64,000 nt of DNA from Scyliorhinus canicula (GCF_902713615.1 NC_052167.1:16775983-16839982); one strand, 5' to 3'; positions 25,231 through 38,499 are shown, counted from the first letter of the stretch. The notes: generated by a model not told the origin, from the sequence alone. Program-made: numbers and translations.

Positions 25231-25301
25231 GACGGTGATATCCATAGACATTTATATCTGCGAGATGCCATAACAAGTGTTGGAGAAGTAGAAAGACCCA
25301 C
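25231..25301 (+). CDS. ZNF511: ZNF511 exon 2 (DGDIHRHLYLRDAITSVGEVERPT)
   Basis: ttcAG acceptor, GTAAGA donor; 71 nt; matches human DGDVQRHLYLQD. Confidence 0.93.
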
Positions 25302-25427
25302 GTAAGAAAAGCTATTTGTTTATAAGGATTGCCCCTTTCCTAATTCTGTTGCATCAAAGCTGTTTGAATTTCACGTATTTTGTTCCTGCAGTGCTAACTT
25401 GTGGATATGCATTCTTTTTTAATGTAG

Positions 25428-25629
25428 GGTTTCTGAATTCTGTTGCCATATAGCAGGTTGCAGTCAACTGTTTGACACCCTAGAAAACTACGAACATCAT
25501 TATAATACATTCCACCGCAATGTCTGTTCCTCCTGCAAACGCTCTTTCCCGTCCAGTCACCTGCTAAATATTCACATCCTGGAATGGCACGACTCACTTT
25601 TCCAAATTCTGACAGCAAAACAGAACATG
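25428..25629 (+). CDS. ZNF511: ZNF511 exon 3, two C2H2 fingers (CHIAGCSQLF..HYNTFH; CSSCKRSF..HILEWH)
   Basis: 202 nt; ATG|GTAAGT donor; phase-consistent. Confidence 0.95.
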
Positions 25630-25635
25630 GTAAGT

Positions 25636-26880
25636 CTCTCAGCTGGGAAGAGAGACATGCTGTCAAAGCTTTTCGTTTTGCACCTATCAGGACGGATTCA
25701 AGAATGCCAAATTTCAAAGGGAATAGCAATTTACATTGCGTGAGAAAACAGGGCGCTGATTGATTGGCACTCTAGCTGATGTGTTGCCATGTAGAACATA
25801 CCAGGGGCCAGTTACCCCTCATCTTTTGTTTATCTTCACTAGTCTGTATACATGTTGGAATTCCTACAGTTCAATAAATTAGAAGACTGGCCTATCAGAA
25901 CCTCATAAATAGGGCCCGTGGGATAATGGCTACCCCGATCAGATATATAATGTAAACTGATTAACGTGCCTAAGGCCATCACGTTCGGCCCTGAAAAGTG
26001 CCGTCTAGCTCTATTCCCTCTGGAGGGTCTCTCAAAGATTTGGAGCAACAGTTAAAACTAGCTGTTCACACTGCTGCTATGCAGTAGCAATGTGAGTGGT
26101 ATTTCCACTAACAGGATGCAGTGATCAAACCAAAAAGACATTCTGCTGATGACACAAATGAGTAATATATATGAATTTCAGCACTAGTGTGACGCCAGGT
26201 ATGTGGGTCGTATGTCCCAACAACTGGTGCATTGAATCAAACAGTACATTTCTTTGGCTGCTCACAGTAAGCAGAGTACTAATTGTGCCCAACCAGCCTG
26301 TGTTTGCAAAACTCATTGTGTCCAACTTTAGATGTGATTCCATTATTGGGCAGCACTTGATGAATAATCCAGAGCGTGCCAACGATTACATTAACAACCA
26401 ATTTAAGGTTATCAGTCGGGGCTTTTCACAGTAACTTCATTGAAGCCTACTTGTGACAATAAGCGATTATTATTATAAAGTGACTCACTTAATGCTTCAG
26501 CTTTGAAAAAGGGTCATCTGGACTCGACACGTTAGCTCTTTTCTCTCCCTACAGATGCTGCTGAGATTTCCCTGCATTTCTTTAGGTTTCACTTAATGCT
26601 ACATATATTACCACTCGGGGAGTGATCCTCTGGAGGGAAAAGGACTTTGTCCAGACATTGTGGTTTTCCAATTTAACAGAAGCTTGCGGGACATTGTTCC
26701 CTGGTACATTCCCCATGGCATGTCTCAACCAGTCAGAGTTGCATTGCCGGCCAGTCGACACCCTGTTTCGCATGCAGTGTAGATTGTTGTTCCCTTTGAA
26801 GTTTGCCGTTCTTGCAACTGTCCTGATGGCGTGCTCGATGAGAGGCTTCAACAGCATGTCTCTTTTTTCAGCAATACTCA
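25636..26880 (+). mobile_element. 5'-truncated Penelope-like element with inverted terminal repeats; degenerate RT thumb and GIY-YIG endonuclease remnants
   Basis: Frameshifted remnants NGYPDQI, ITFGPEKC, IYEF..CDARYVGR.SQ, DSIIGQHLMNNP..FKVISR. 25636-25800 is the reverse complement of about 26710-26875. Interrupted at about 26420-26585 by other repeats. Confidence 0.75.
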
Positions 26881-28107
26881 AATTCAGCCAAGCGACTATG
26901 ACTATAAAACTCTTAAGTCATGAATTGCTCACTGGCCTGTGTTAAATCTATGTATTTATGTACAATTTAGAGAACAAAACTGTCTGAACTCCATACAGAT
27001 CTAAGTACATTGGCAGGATAATCCAGGAATCTCATGTACAGTTTTAAGAGGAACCATTTGGGTGCAGCTAATTCTGGGTGCAGCTAATTCAGGGTGCATT
27101 GTGGCTGTAGAGCTGGAAGGAATGAACGTTGTGTTATAAGATGCATTTGTAATCCAAATTAATGAAGACAAAGCTTTGCCAGTGTTTGAAAACATAATTT
27201 TAATGGAATCAAGCCCTCAAATGAGGTGCAGCATAGAATAAAAAACCTTTCTAATCTTCCCCAATTTCAGAAATTACATTTTTAATCACCTCTAGAACAA
27301 AGGTTGTGGTTTAGGTTGCTAAGCAGCACTGACACATTCTGCTTTCTAATGCATAATTTAAGAAAACCAGGTCATAGCATTACCATCCTTCAGATGAGAG
27401 GTTAAAAGATTAGCAGTGATGGACATTAAAAACTCTGATTGTTTGACAGATTATTGGGAAAGTATGCTACCACAGTGCCAAAGCTGTCAGCCAAGTATGC
27501 TTTGTACAATATTACAATTCTGGTTAGGGACTTGTAACAATTTGTTTAAAGTATTCAAAGTAATTGATGTCCTAATTGGCTGATATTCTCTCAAGGAATC
27601 CCTGGCCCTGATTAGCACCTTGCTCCACTGAAGAGGTTATACAGAATGTTATGAAATCTCTGAGTAGTCAGCATCCAGCTGGAGTTGCAAACCATTTGAT
27701 ACATCTGCTAAACCGGTCGCAAATCCCTAAAGAGCAGCGGGAATGGGGAGCCAGAGTATCCTAAAGTGCGGAGTTACTTCGATACTTTCTATTTCTCTGC
27801 CATGCACAGAGGCAGTCTTAATACTAATTCAATGTTGAAGTCAATTATTGAGTTCAGACCTTGGCCATCTCACCGACAGTGCAACCCCATCATGAACAAT
27901 TGCCAAAAGATGCTGAATTCGGAACATATGCCCGGGCCTATCAAGATGTGTGTAGCAACGTATCTACCTTCCATTTACTGTAGGAGTTGAATTTAATTCA
28001 ATCCCATCTCTTGATTTTTTCAAGGAAAGGATGCCAGCCTCTGTTCCATACTTTCTGCCCAGTTAATCTTGCAGCCTTCTACTATGCAAATGAATGCCTG
28101 TTTCTTA

Positions 28108-28400
28108 GGGGCAGCATGGTAGCATAGTGGTTAGCACTGTGGCTTCACAGCACCAGGGTCCCAGGTTCGATTTCCCGCTGGGCCTCTGTGTGGAATGTGC
28201 ACGTTCTCCCCATGTCTGCGTGGGTTCCCTCTTGGTGCTCCGGTTTCCTCCCACAGTCCAAAGACGTGCAGTTTAGGTGGATGGGCCATGCTAAATTGCC
28301 CTTAGTGTCCAAAATGTTAGGAGGGGTTGGGATTGGGCGGAAGTGAGGGCTTAAGTGGGTTGATGTAGACTCAATGGGCCGAATGGCCTCCTTCTGCACT
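28108..28400 (+). mobile_element. HE1-like SINE
   Basis: Full head, core and CR1-like tail. Confidence 0.85.
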
Positions 28401-29369
28401 ATTAGTTCCACGTTAACTTCAAAAAAGGTTGCAAAAGCAGCTCTAGTGTATTTCGGGAAAGTTAGCAACACCTAACTAAGCTTTCCTGACTGGAAGGAAC
28501 AGTTTACTTCATTGCCACAACTGTCTAATCTCTCACACCTCTAATCTTAAGCGCAGCTTGTTTCTTACCGATTGAGATTGATATTGGGCTGTATACTTTG
28601 CAGAGAGTGTTCCCTAATATGACTAGTTTCTTTGGTGATTTTGATGCCCTTTTTCTTTGGTGCCCTTTTTCTTGCTTTGGTGGCTTGAGTTATGCAAGAA
28701 ACAACTTTCAATTATATAGTGCCATCCACGTCTTCAGGCCATCACAAAGCACTTCACATCCAATGAAAGGCTGTTGAAGCATAGAGGCTTTTCTAATGCA
28801 GGAAAATGCACCAGCTCATTTATACATGGCAGCACCAGCTCATTTATGCATAACCGACAGTGGCATAAATGATTAAATAATTTGTTTCAGTGATTTTGAT
28901 TACATGATAAATGCTGGCCATGACACTGGTACACTTCCAACTCTTCCGAAGACTCTAGTTTCACAAAGCTGCCACTGCCCTTGGCTTTCTCCAAACACCA
29001 GTCTCCCAGCTGCATCAAGATGTATATGGCTGTCAGGACTTCTCTGTACCCTTGGACCCGGCTAACAGCTACCAGTGCCTCTCTGTGAGCTGCAAGTCAC
29101 ACGAGATCCAAACAGCTACTAAACCCTCTTTCCCCACAAGCACACACATAAATTGAAAGCAGAGAACCTTCTTGGGTTCCACCCATCACCATGACAACGC
29201 AACCTTTCTGAGTTCACTGAATGCTATTGATCTAATTTAGCTCTAACTTCTAAAACAGCAAGCAGTGTAGACATCATGTCTCCAACCCTCCAGCTAAGTA
29301 AGCCCACCTGCTGTTTAAGATCTTATTCCCTGTTAACCCCTTAAGGCAACATAGTCCCTCCAACCTTTT

Positions 29370-29594
29370 TTAAAATAAATTTAGAATACCCAATTAATGT
29401 TTTCCAATTAAGGGGCAATTTAGCATGGCCAATCCATCTACCCTGCACATCTTTGTGCTGTGGGGGCGAAACCCACGTAAACACTGGGATAATGTGCGAA
29501 CTCCACACGGATAATGACCCAGAACCGGGATTGAACCTGGGACCTCGGCGCCGTGACGCAGCAGGGCTAACCCACTGCACCACCGTGCTGCCCT
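29370..29594 (-). mobile_element. SINE with 16-bp TSD gtccctccaacctttt
   Basis: Direct repeat starting at 29354 and 29595. Confidence 0.88.
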
Positions 29595-30205
29595 GTCCCT
29601 CCAACCTTTTAAGTATAATAGAGTCCAAGCTGCTTTGACTGCGTTTATCTAATTTTCCCAGAACTAAACATTATCTCAAGATGTTAACATGAACCGTGAG
29701 CTAGATATTCATCATAAGTGTTTTAATTGTGCTTAGCCAATGAACAAGGAAGCAAAACTAAACCACTTAAAGTGAGGATGTGATACAGGTAAAGGATGCA
29801 TTCTGCACAAGTGTCAATTCTGTCCCAAAGTGCAACTGGAAGGGAGTCGCAGCAGAGTTGGGAAGAGTGCTCCACACCAGTGAGCATGTATCAAGTGTCA
29901 CCACACTGCTCCAATGGTCGGAGAGATCTGCCCCTAGGAAGGCATAAGACCATGTACAGAAGGTCATTGGCACCTCTCAGATTAATTACCTTTCGTGTAG
30001 AGCTTTTTGGGGAATTCGCCCTGTGGTAGTCCGGGAATTCCCACAGACGAGCCCCCTTGAAGTAACTCGCTCACTGTGGGATTTATATCCCTCGACCCAC
30101 AGGGCAGTTTGAGGATTGTCTCCAAATTACTGCCAGCCCACCCCATCACGGGGGTTGCCGAGAATTTCCCGATGAATATATTTATAACTTGCTTTTATTT
30201 TCCAG

Positions 30206-30330
30206 TATATATGTTTGGTGGAGAGTTGTACAGAAAAATTCAAGGCTTCCAGTGACCGGAAGAAGCATTTGATCAAAGTTCACGGTTATCCAGCTGACTT
30301 TAGATTTGACAAACCGAAGAAACTGAAACG
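30206..30330 (+). CDS. ZNF511: ZNF511 exon 4, third C2H2 finger (YICLVESCTEKF..HLIKVHGYPADFRFDKPKK)
   Basis: 125 nt; AG/GT; YPADFRFDKPKK hallmark. Confidence 0.95.
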
Positions 30331-30352
30331 GTAAGAAAATTGTCCTCTACGG

Positions 30353-31296
30353 CAGTGTTCTTCAAACTTTTTTCCCCAGGGACCCATTTTTACCAACCGG
30401 CCAACCTGAGCGACCCACGCCGGCCGACCTGAGCGACCCACCATTTTTTCTTACCTTGTTTGCTGCTGATAAAAATGGAGGAAATGGTTTTGGATCCCTT
30501 TGGCCCTCGTACACGCTCCTCCAATGGAACCTGTTGGATGAAGGTGAAGCCTTCTGGTGTCAGAAAGTATGGAGTCTCCATCTATTCAAAGTCTGCACTT
30601 TTTTTTTTCCTGTAAAATTTAATCAAATAAACCCCCCGAACTTACAGAAAAAAATAAAAATTAAATGAATAAAATAAATGAATAAAACCCCCCTGAACTT
30701 GTAAAAAAAAATTGAATAAAATAAATTAAAAAAGTAAAAATTGAATGAATAAAATAAATGAATAAAACCCCCCTGAACTTGCAAAACAAAAAGCTGCGAC
30801 CGTTTAAAAAAAAATAGCGGCAGCACCGCGCATGCGCAAAGTTTTGCGCATGCACGTCAATGATCGTGCATGCATGCGCAATGCGGCTGAATTTTTTTTA
30901 CATGTTTGCGGCCATTTTAAAGGCCGCTTGCAGCCGGCTGCTGCGCGGGGATTTGCGCGATTGGGAGCGCCGCGAAGGACGGCTCAGTGACCCTCCTGAC
31001 ACCCGCCCGCACACCCACGGGTCGCACCCCCAACTTTTTTTAAAATATCAATTTAGAGTACCCAATTATTTTTTCCAATTAAGGGGCTTCCAATTAAGGG
31101 GCAATCCGCCTACCCTGCACATCTTTGGGTTGTAGGGGTGAAACCCACGCAGACACGGGGAGAATGTGGAAACTCCACACGGACAGTGACCCAGGGCCGG
31201 GATTCGAACCCAGGTCCTCAGCGCCGTAGGCAGCAATGCTAACCACTGTGCCACCGTGCTGCCCTAGGGTCGCACCCCCAACTTTGAAGAACATTG
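30353..31296. mobile_element. Non-autonomous hAT-type DNA transposon containing a nested SINE
   Basis: TIR cagtgttcttcaaa / tttgaagaacattg; 8-bp TSD ctctacgg / ctgtacgg (7 of 8 match). Confidence 0.85.
31038..31266 (-). mobile_element. SINE nested in the hAT element, 19-bp TSD
   Basis: gggtcgcacccccaacttt at 31019-31037 and 31267-31285. Confidence 0.88.
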
Positions 31297-31399
31297 CTGT
31301 ACGGGTTTACATCTAACTTAACTTGGGCGAGTTAATAAATTAAACAAAATGGGTTTGCATCTCAAAACAGTAGAGCCATGCTTCCCAAAAGCCTTTCCA

Positions 31400-33480
31400 T
31401 AAGAATATAAGACATCGGAGCAGAATTAGGCCACTCGCCCCATTCTGCCATTCAATCATGACTGATATTTTTCTCATTCCCTTTTCCCCATAACCACTGA
31501 TCCGCTTATTAATCAAGAACCCATCTATCTCTGTCTTAAAGACACTCAGTGATTTGGCCTCCACAGCCTCCTTTGGCAAAGACTTCACCAGGTTCACCAC
31601 CCTCTAGCTGAAGAAGTTCCTCCATATTTCTGTTTTAAAGGATCGTCCCTTCAGTTTGAGGATGTTCCCTCGGGTTCTAGTTTTTCCTACTAGTGGAAAC
31701 ATCCTCACCACGTCCACTCTATCCAGGCCTCTCAGTATCCTATAGGTTTCAATAAGATCCCCCCCCTCATCCTTCTAAACTCCAACGAGCACAGACCCAG
31801 AATCCTCAACCACTCCTCATATGACAAGCTGTTTATTCCAGGGATCATTCTTCTGAATCTCCTCTGGAGCCTTTCCAAGGCCAGCACATCCTTCCTTCGA
31901 TACGGGGCACAAAATTGCTCACGATACTCCAAATGGGGTCTGATCAGAGTCTTATATAGCCTCAGAAGTACATCCCTGGTCTTGTATTTTAGCCCTCTTG
32001 GCATGAATGCTAACATAAGTTCTATCCCAATGTCTTATTATCTTAGATTGCATGCTGCTGGGCAATCAGTTGAAAGTTATTTCTTGATAAGCTTGTAAAG
32101 AAATTTTAGTTATTAATCCTTCATAAATGAGGCTAAAAAAAATCATAAATTGAGAGTGCAGAAGGAAACCATTTGATGCACAGTACCTGTGCTAGTACTT
32201 TGTTAGAACCATCTAATTAATCCCATGATCCTCTTTCCACTAAATCATGTCATTTCTTTCCCTTCCAAGTATTTATCCAATTCTCTTTTGAATTTTGCTA
32301 TTGAATCCACCAGTATTCCAGGCAGTGCATTCCGGATCACAACATCTCGCTCTGTAAGAAACTATTTCCTCACATCACATCCGAGTCTTTTTGCCATTCA
32401 CTGTAAATGTGTTCCCTTGTTACTGACATTTCTTTCACTCTTTCTCTTTATTTGCTCTTATCAAAATCATTCACCACTTTGAACGTCTCCATCAAAGCTC
32501 CCCCATAACCTTCTCTGCTCCCAGGAGTACAATCGCAGCATCTCCAGTCTCATCCCTGGTGCCTATGGGCGGCACAGCACAGTAGTTAGCACTGTTGCTT
32601 CACAGCGCCATGGACCCAGGTTCGATTCCCGGCTTGGGTCACTGTCTGTGCGGAGTCTGCATGTTCTCCACGTGTCTGCGTGGGTTTCTTCCCAGAAGTC
32701 CCAAAAGCAATGCTTGTTAGGTGATTTTGACATTTTGAATTCTCCTTCAGTGTACCCGAACAGGCGCTGGAGTGTGGCGATTAGGGGATTTTCACAGTAA
32801 CTTCATTGGAGTGTTAATGTAAGCCTACTTGTGACACTAATAAAGATTATTATTATTTGTGTCTCCTCCAATCCCTTGGCTTTGCAGTATAGACCCCAGA
32901 ATTGAACCGAATATGCCTATCGTGGTCTAACCAGTGTGATATAAAACTTAATTCCCCTGTTTTTGTACTCTGTTTCTCAAACAGTTCATTAGGAAAGCCA
33001 AGGATCCAATATTTCTTCTTAAACACTCTTCTCCACATGTCCTGTCACCTTCAATGGTTCATGTGCACAGCCCAGGTCTCCATGTTCCTGCACCCCCTTT
33101 AAAATTATCCCATTTGGTTCATACTGCCTCTCCTAATTCTCCCCACCTAAATGCATTGCTTCACTTCATCTGATATGTGTTTGCCTTTCCACCAGTCTAC
33201 ATCCCCCTAAAGCCTGATACTATCACCCTTGCTATTTATTATAGTTCTAAGTTTTGATCTTCAGCAAGCTTTGAAACATTGTCCTATATACACAAGACCA
33301 GGTTGTTTATATCAAAAGATCAATGGTTCTACTACCACCTCTTGGGTAACTTCGCCCGCTCTGAAGAAACATTAACTACCCTCCTCAACCCTCTCCGTAA
33401 CTCCATGAAAGAACACAACCAGTTAGTCAAACATGACTTGTCTGTAACACATGCATATTGACTTCTATTTATAAATTATA
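31400..33480 (-). mobile_element. CR1 fragments (31400-32020 well preserved; 32150-33480 older, interrupted by a SINE)
   Basis: LYKTLIRPHLEY..RRF.RMIPG..SYEE..LEFRRMRG translation. Confidence 0.75.
32567..32855 (+). mobile_element. tRNA-derived SINE
   Basis: Head, core and (ATT)n tail. Confidence 0.85.
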
Positions 33481-34244
33481 TCTTTCTACATTTTGCTTTG
33501 GATTAACCCAATGCCCCCCGTTAGCAAAATTCCCTTTGCACAACTTTTTCTACCTCACAGGGGCAGTTCCAAAAAGATTCAGAACCTAACCATTCATGAT
33601 GGATAAGAGTGTCGATTTTCAGAAAAGAAGTCACGGACAGAAAGATGGATTGTATACACTGAAATTTTATTAGATTGATTGCTATTGGTACTCAGGTTCT
33701 ACGCTACCTGTCAAATCGCAATCATGTGCCTGTGTTGTCATCACTTGTTATGGTGGTTGCTCAAGTGTTCCTTGCACTTGCAAAGAACAAGGCATTCACA
33801 AAAGTCTTCACAAAAAGACTTTAAACAATATTTTACTTCCTTGTCAAATCTACCAAGTTTTCTATGCAGAAATCTTGTTTAATGTGTTTGAATAGAATGG
33901 GGGAAATCGGTACAGACTTGAAATGGTAACACTTGGAGGGTTTTGTAGAGGCAGAGTTAAATCGTACCTTCACTTAATTGGCTCAATTGGAACAGAAAAT
34001 TGAAGCCCTAATCTTTTAGCGACGAGCAATGCATCCCTGTAGCAGTGAGAGAACAAGCAACCCAGGCCGAATGGTTCGGCCGTGTGGGATTAAATGCCAC
34101 GTTTTTGTGTTCATCTCAAATAAATGGGTGCCGGACGTGAACTTCAAATCGGAAACCATTTTGAAAGTTGTCATTTGGTTGTGCTAATCTTCGACGTGAC
34201 AGTACAGTGAAAACAAACGTGCTCTCTTCCTCCCCGCCTTGCAG

Positions 34245-34451
34245 CAATCAAAAGAATAAAGACAGGAGTTCACATGACATGGATGTGGAAACATCCACTT
34301 GTCAAAAAGAAACAAACAGCATTTTCTGTACAACAGCCGCAGAATCGATGGACCATGCACCGGAGGAAACAATGGAAGCTGAGACTCCATCTGTGACGGG
34401 ACAAGCGAAATCCAGCAATACACTGCATCAGCGGTCTTCATACTCCCACAG
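34245..34451 (+). CDS. ZNF511: ZNF511 exon 5, low-complexity linker (NQKNKDRSSHDMDVET...SSYSHR)
   Basis: Polypyrimidine tract plus gcAG; 207 nt keeps phase 2; lies in ORF 34168..34497. Confidence 0.8.
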
Positions 34452-34884
34452 GTTACAGTCCTATTATTATCACTTTTACCTAACTTCAAAGGAATAAGAG
34501 GATAGCTTTATCTCTATTTAAAATGTATATAGTAAAACACTGCTAAATTATCCTGTTATTTCGATGTTAGTTTACAGTCAATTTTGTGGTATGTGCTTTT
34601 TATTTAACTCTACTTTCATAATACAAGATGTAATGGTTGTAATCATGTTCGGAAAACATTGCCAGAAGTTACAGAACTTTGTCGGTACTTTCAGCTATCA
34701 GTTTAACTTCTCCCCTACCCCACCTCGTATTTCTCCCTGTCACTCACGAAGCAGCTGAAGTTCAGCTGCCTGCCTTCCATTATCTTATCCAGGTGACAGT
34801 TCTTCATGTATATGTAGACAGTCAGCAGTTAAAGATATTTTACTGTGGGAGGCATCATAGCTGAGCCAATTATATTCTTGCCTG

Positions 34885-35340
34885 AATGAGTGCAGCTCAT
34901 CAAGAGGCTTGACATCACCCAGGACAAAGCAGCCCGCTTAATTGGCACCTCATTTACCACCTTCAACATTCATTCCCTCCACCAACGATGCACAGTGGCA
35001 GCCGTGTGTACCATCTACAAGATGCACTGCAGCTACTCACCAAGGCTCCTCCGACAGTTCCTTCCAAACCCACAACCTCTACCACCTAGAAAGACAAGGA
35101 CAGCGGATGCCTGGGAACACCACCTCTAAGCCACTCATCATCCTGACTTGGAAATATATCGGCGTTCCTTCATTGTCACTTTCAGAATCCTGGAACACCC
35201 TCCCTAACAGCACTGTGGGTGCACCTACACCTCATGGACTGTAGCAGTTCAAGAAAGCGGCTCACCACCACCTTCTCAAGGGCAGCTGGGGATGGGCAAT
35301 AAATAAATACTGGCCTAACCAGCCTGGCATCCTGTGGAAC
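34885..35340 (+). mobile_element. LINE 3' fragment
   Basis: RLDITQDKAARLI..HSLHQRCTVAAVCTIYKMH translation. Confidence 0.75.
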
Positions 35341-35516
35341 AGTAGGAAATAAACATGTGTACCTTCCAGCACCTGGGCCGACACTTTACTTTGACCACCT
35401 TCCTAGACTTGAGCACTGATCACCATCACCACTGCCTTGGTTTAACAATGACTGATGATGAAAGCCGATCCTTTCTGATCTCCACCGTTCAATTGTCTTT
35501 CTTTTTTTCCTTGTAG

Positions 35517-35583
35517 GGTGCCAGCAACAATTTGTTTTGGCCATGGGTCAGTCCGTGGCTTCAATCCAAGGAAAAAGAAGTGA
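35517..35583 (+). CDS. ZNF511: ZNF511 last coding exon (VPATICFGHGSVRGFNPRKKK*)
   Basis: Matches human IPSTICFGQGAARGF; TGA at 35581-35583. Confidence 0.93.
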
Positions 35584-35810
35584 TCTGTTTTTCCGAATTA
35601 ACTAGTCACTGGTAACCAGAACAATGTCCTGCAAAAGGCATTAGTTCAAAATATGAACTTGGAAGAACACGTTTGGCCTGATCAGTTGGAACAATCTCAG
35701 CCTCCAAGAGGCAATCGGATACAATTATCGGTCAATGTGGTTGCAAATCTTTTTTTTTTAAATAATTGCACGGTTCAGAAAACAAATAAGTATTTATTCA
35801 TTATTCCCAA

Positions 35811-35816
35811 AATAAA
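35811..35816 (+). terminator. Candidate ZNF511 polyadenylation signal AATAAA
   Basis: First AATAAA after the stop codon, followed by T-rich sequence. Confidence 0.5.
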
Positions 35817-36239
35817 TCTGTTGCTTTTCGTCATTTCCATGCACCTTTATTGAACACCCATCATTTCCAAACACATTTCCACTGCTTTCTGGCTAGGATA
35901 TTCCAGTAGAAAATGTTTTAATTAGATTATACCGGGCAAAGCTGTGGATTGCCAATGCTTCTGCACAGAGTGTGAAAAAGATACAGCATGGGGGACATGT
36001 AGTATTTATCCCCAATACTATGTACAATAATCCTGGTGCACCCTTTCAGTCAACATCCCATGACAATGAGGTGGAAAATAATCGCTGGTCCGGGATCTCC
36101 TTCTCCCATTGACTCCCAAATGGAGTGGGCAGTGAAAAAGATGAATCACGAGCCCTTTTACACAAAATTCTGTGGCACTACAATATTGAAGATTACACCA
36201 TCACACCATTACACCATCACAATCTGTCACACATGACAG

Positions 36240-36422
36240 GGGCTGGTTTAGCTCATTGGCTAAATTGCTGGCTTTTAAAGCAGGCCAGCAGCACGGTTCG
36301 ATTCCCGTACCAGCCTCCCCGGACAGGTGCTGGAATGTGGCGACTAGGGGCTTTTCACAGTAACTTCATTGAAGCCTACTCGTGACAATAAGCGATTTTC
36401 ATTTCATTTCATTTTCATTTTT
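36240..36422 (+). mobile_element. Short SINE with 10-bp TSD cacatgacag
   Basis: TSD at 36230-36239 and 36423-36432; (TTTCA)n tail. Confidence 0.85.
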
Positions 36423-38499
36423 CACATGACAGCAACACATAGCATTTATAAGCAGCACGTTAGTATTGACTAGATGTTTTCCACCAGTGTTTTGGACAGT
36501 TTAAGCTTTTAAAGCCCAGTCCAAAGCCTAAGGTATGAGGTTTTTCTTTTGGGTCGAACAGTGTTTTGATTGCAGCCAGGCCCAAAGGTAATGACAGGTC
36601 ATTTGAAGGTGGGCCTTATGCTCCACAGCCAGCCAGGCCTGCACTGTGGGTGGAAAAAGACCAATTTCCCGGCTGCTGTTCATTGTAAGCTTATCGGTGC
36701 AGTGTTGTGCCAGTGATAGTTTCAGCAAGAACTGCCTTTTTGTTTTTGTGGAAGTGAGAGAGATACACAATATTTTAGAATTGTGTAATATGGACCAGTA
36801 CATTTGCTATTTTACAATGATAGGCACACAATGACCAATACCAAATACAACCCATCTCTTAATTAATTTGCAGGAAGTGAACATTGTTGGCCAGACCAGC
36901 ATTTACTGTTCATGGTGGTGGTAAGCAGCCTTACCAAGTAGCTTGAACTTGCAGGTGTATTGTACAGTGGATGTTCTATGCTTGTAATACTGCCTCCTAT
37001 TTATTTATGTGGTAAAGCTTGGCCCAAAGTTTATATATAATTCTATTAGAGTTGCTTACAATCCTGACACCCTCTGATTATTTTTTTAAGTCACTGTTTA
37101 CTTGTGTAGAAATTTACGATTCAACAGAAGGAAATCCCCAGCAGTAATCAGTGTGGTTACGATGGGGGAAACCAGTGAACGAGTGTAAATGGGACGATGG
37201 TGGAGCTTTTCTTTGGGGTGGCGGGTGCGAGAATATGATTCATACCCACACAAATGTTTGCAAAATAAAATATATGGCTGAGAAATCTTAAAAATATCAG
37301 GCAGTCACATAGAGGCGAGGCTGGGTAAGGACGGCAGATTTTCTTCCCGAAAGAGCATTAGAAATCAGATAGGGTTTATTAAAAATAAGAATCCAGTATT
37401 TTTTAGTCACTGAAGCTCAGATTTTAAAAGCTGTGCTGGGATTTGAACCTGGGTCCCTGACACTGAGGCAGAAGTGCTAACCACTGTGCAGCCCTCAAGA
37501 GAACTCCGTAAAATTACTAATAGATTGACGGGTGTGAAACTGCTTGTTGATCTCTAAATAAAATAGGTTCGTCATAGCAGTCTGTAAACAAAATAGTTGG
37601 TCATAGCCGTAGGAATTATTAACTGTTGACAATACTGTGCAGTTTGATAGTGTAGGGAAAATTGAAAAAAGATATACACGGCGCTGCTTAGGAAGCATTG
37701 CATATGTGGAGATCACAGGTGAGAATGGAAAATGCAGTAGACACCCTTGCCCATATGGATATTTAATGAAGCTACTCTGATAGGATTCCTAGGAAAATGG
37801 TGCTCCTGATTTGGGACTAAGCCACCAAGAACAAGAAAGTCAAAAACTGCCTGCACTGAGTCAGCTATTTTCATTCCAGCTACCAAAATAGATCAGCAAT
37901 TCTTGCCAGATAATTTTCAATTCTGAAACAAAACATGAGACCAGCTCCTGTTTGAGAGACAATGGCCTCCTGGAGACTGGGCCCAAATACTGATGGCTAA
38001 AGCGCGATTTGCCGCGATGTCCCAGTAAGCTTTCGGGCACCGGCCCCCTCCGCCTCACATGAAGAACGGTTGGTCCTTTCCCCCAGCAGATCCACATCTC
38101 CGCATCAGTCACTGTCCACATTCGAAAAGAAGAGGACTATTCTCTACAGGGTTCAGAGATGGGAACGTGCTTCACAATGTAGTGTAAAGTAATTTTTATT
38201 TTACAAACAGCATTATAAACAGTCAAAATAAACTGAAGGCCCATAAAATGTACAATTTAAGGTGTCTTGTACAATAATGTACAGTGGGTGTTGTAAGCAT
38301 TTAAATACTGCCTCCTATTTATTTATATGGTAAAGCTCAGCCCAACTTTTATCTATAATTCTATTGGAGCTACTGACAACCTCTGATTATTTTTTAAATC
38401 ACGTTTTACTTTTATGTTGAGCTAAAAATTTACAATGCAACAGAAGGAAATCCCCAGCAGTAATCAGTGTGGTTATGGTGGGGGAAACTAGTGAACGAG

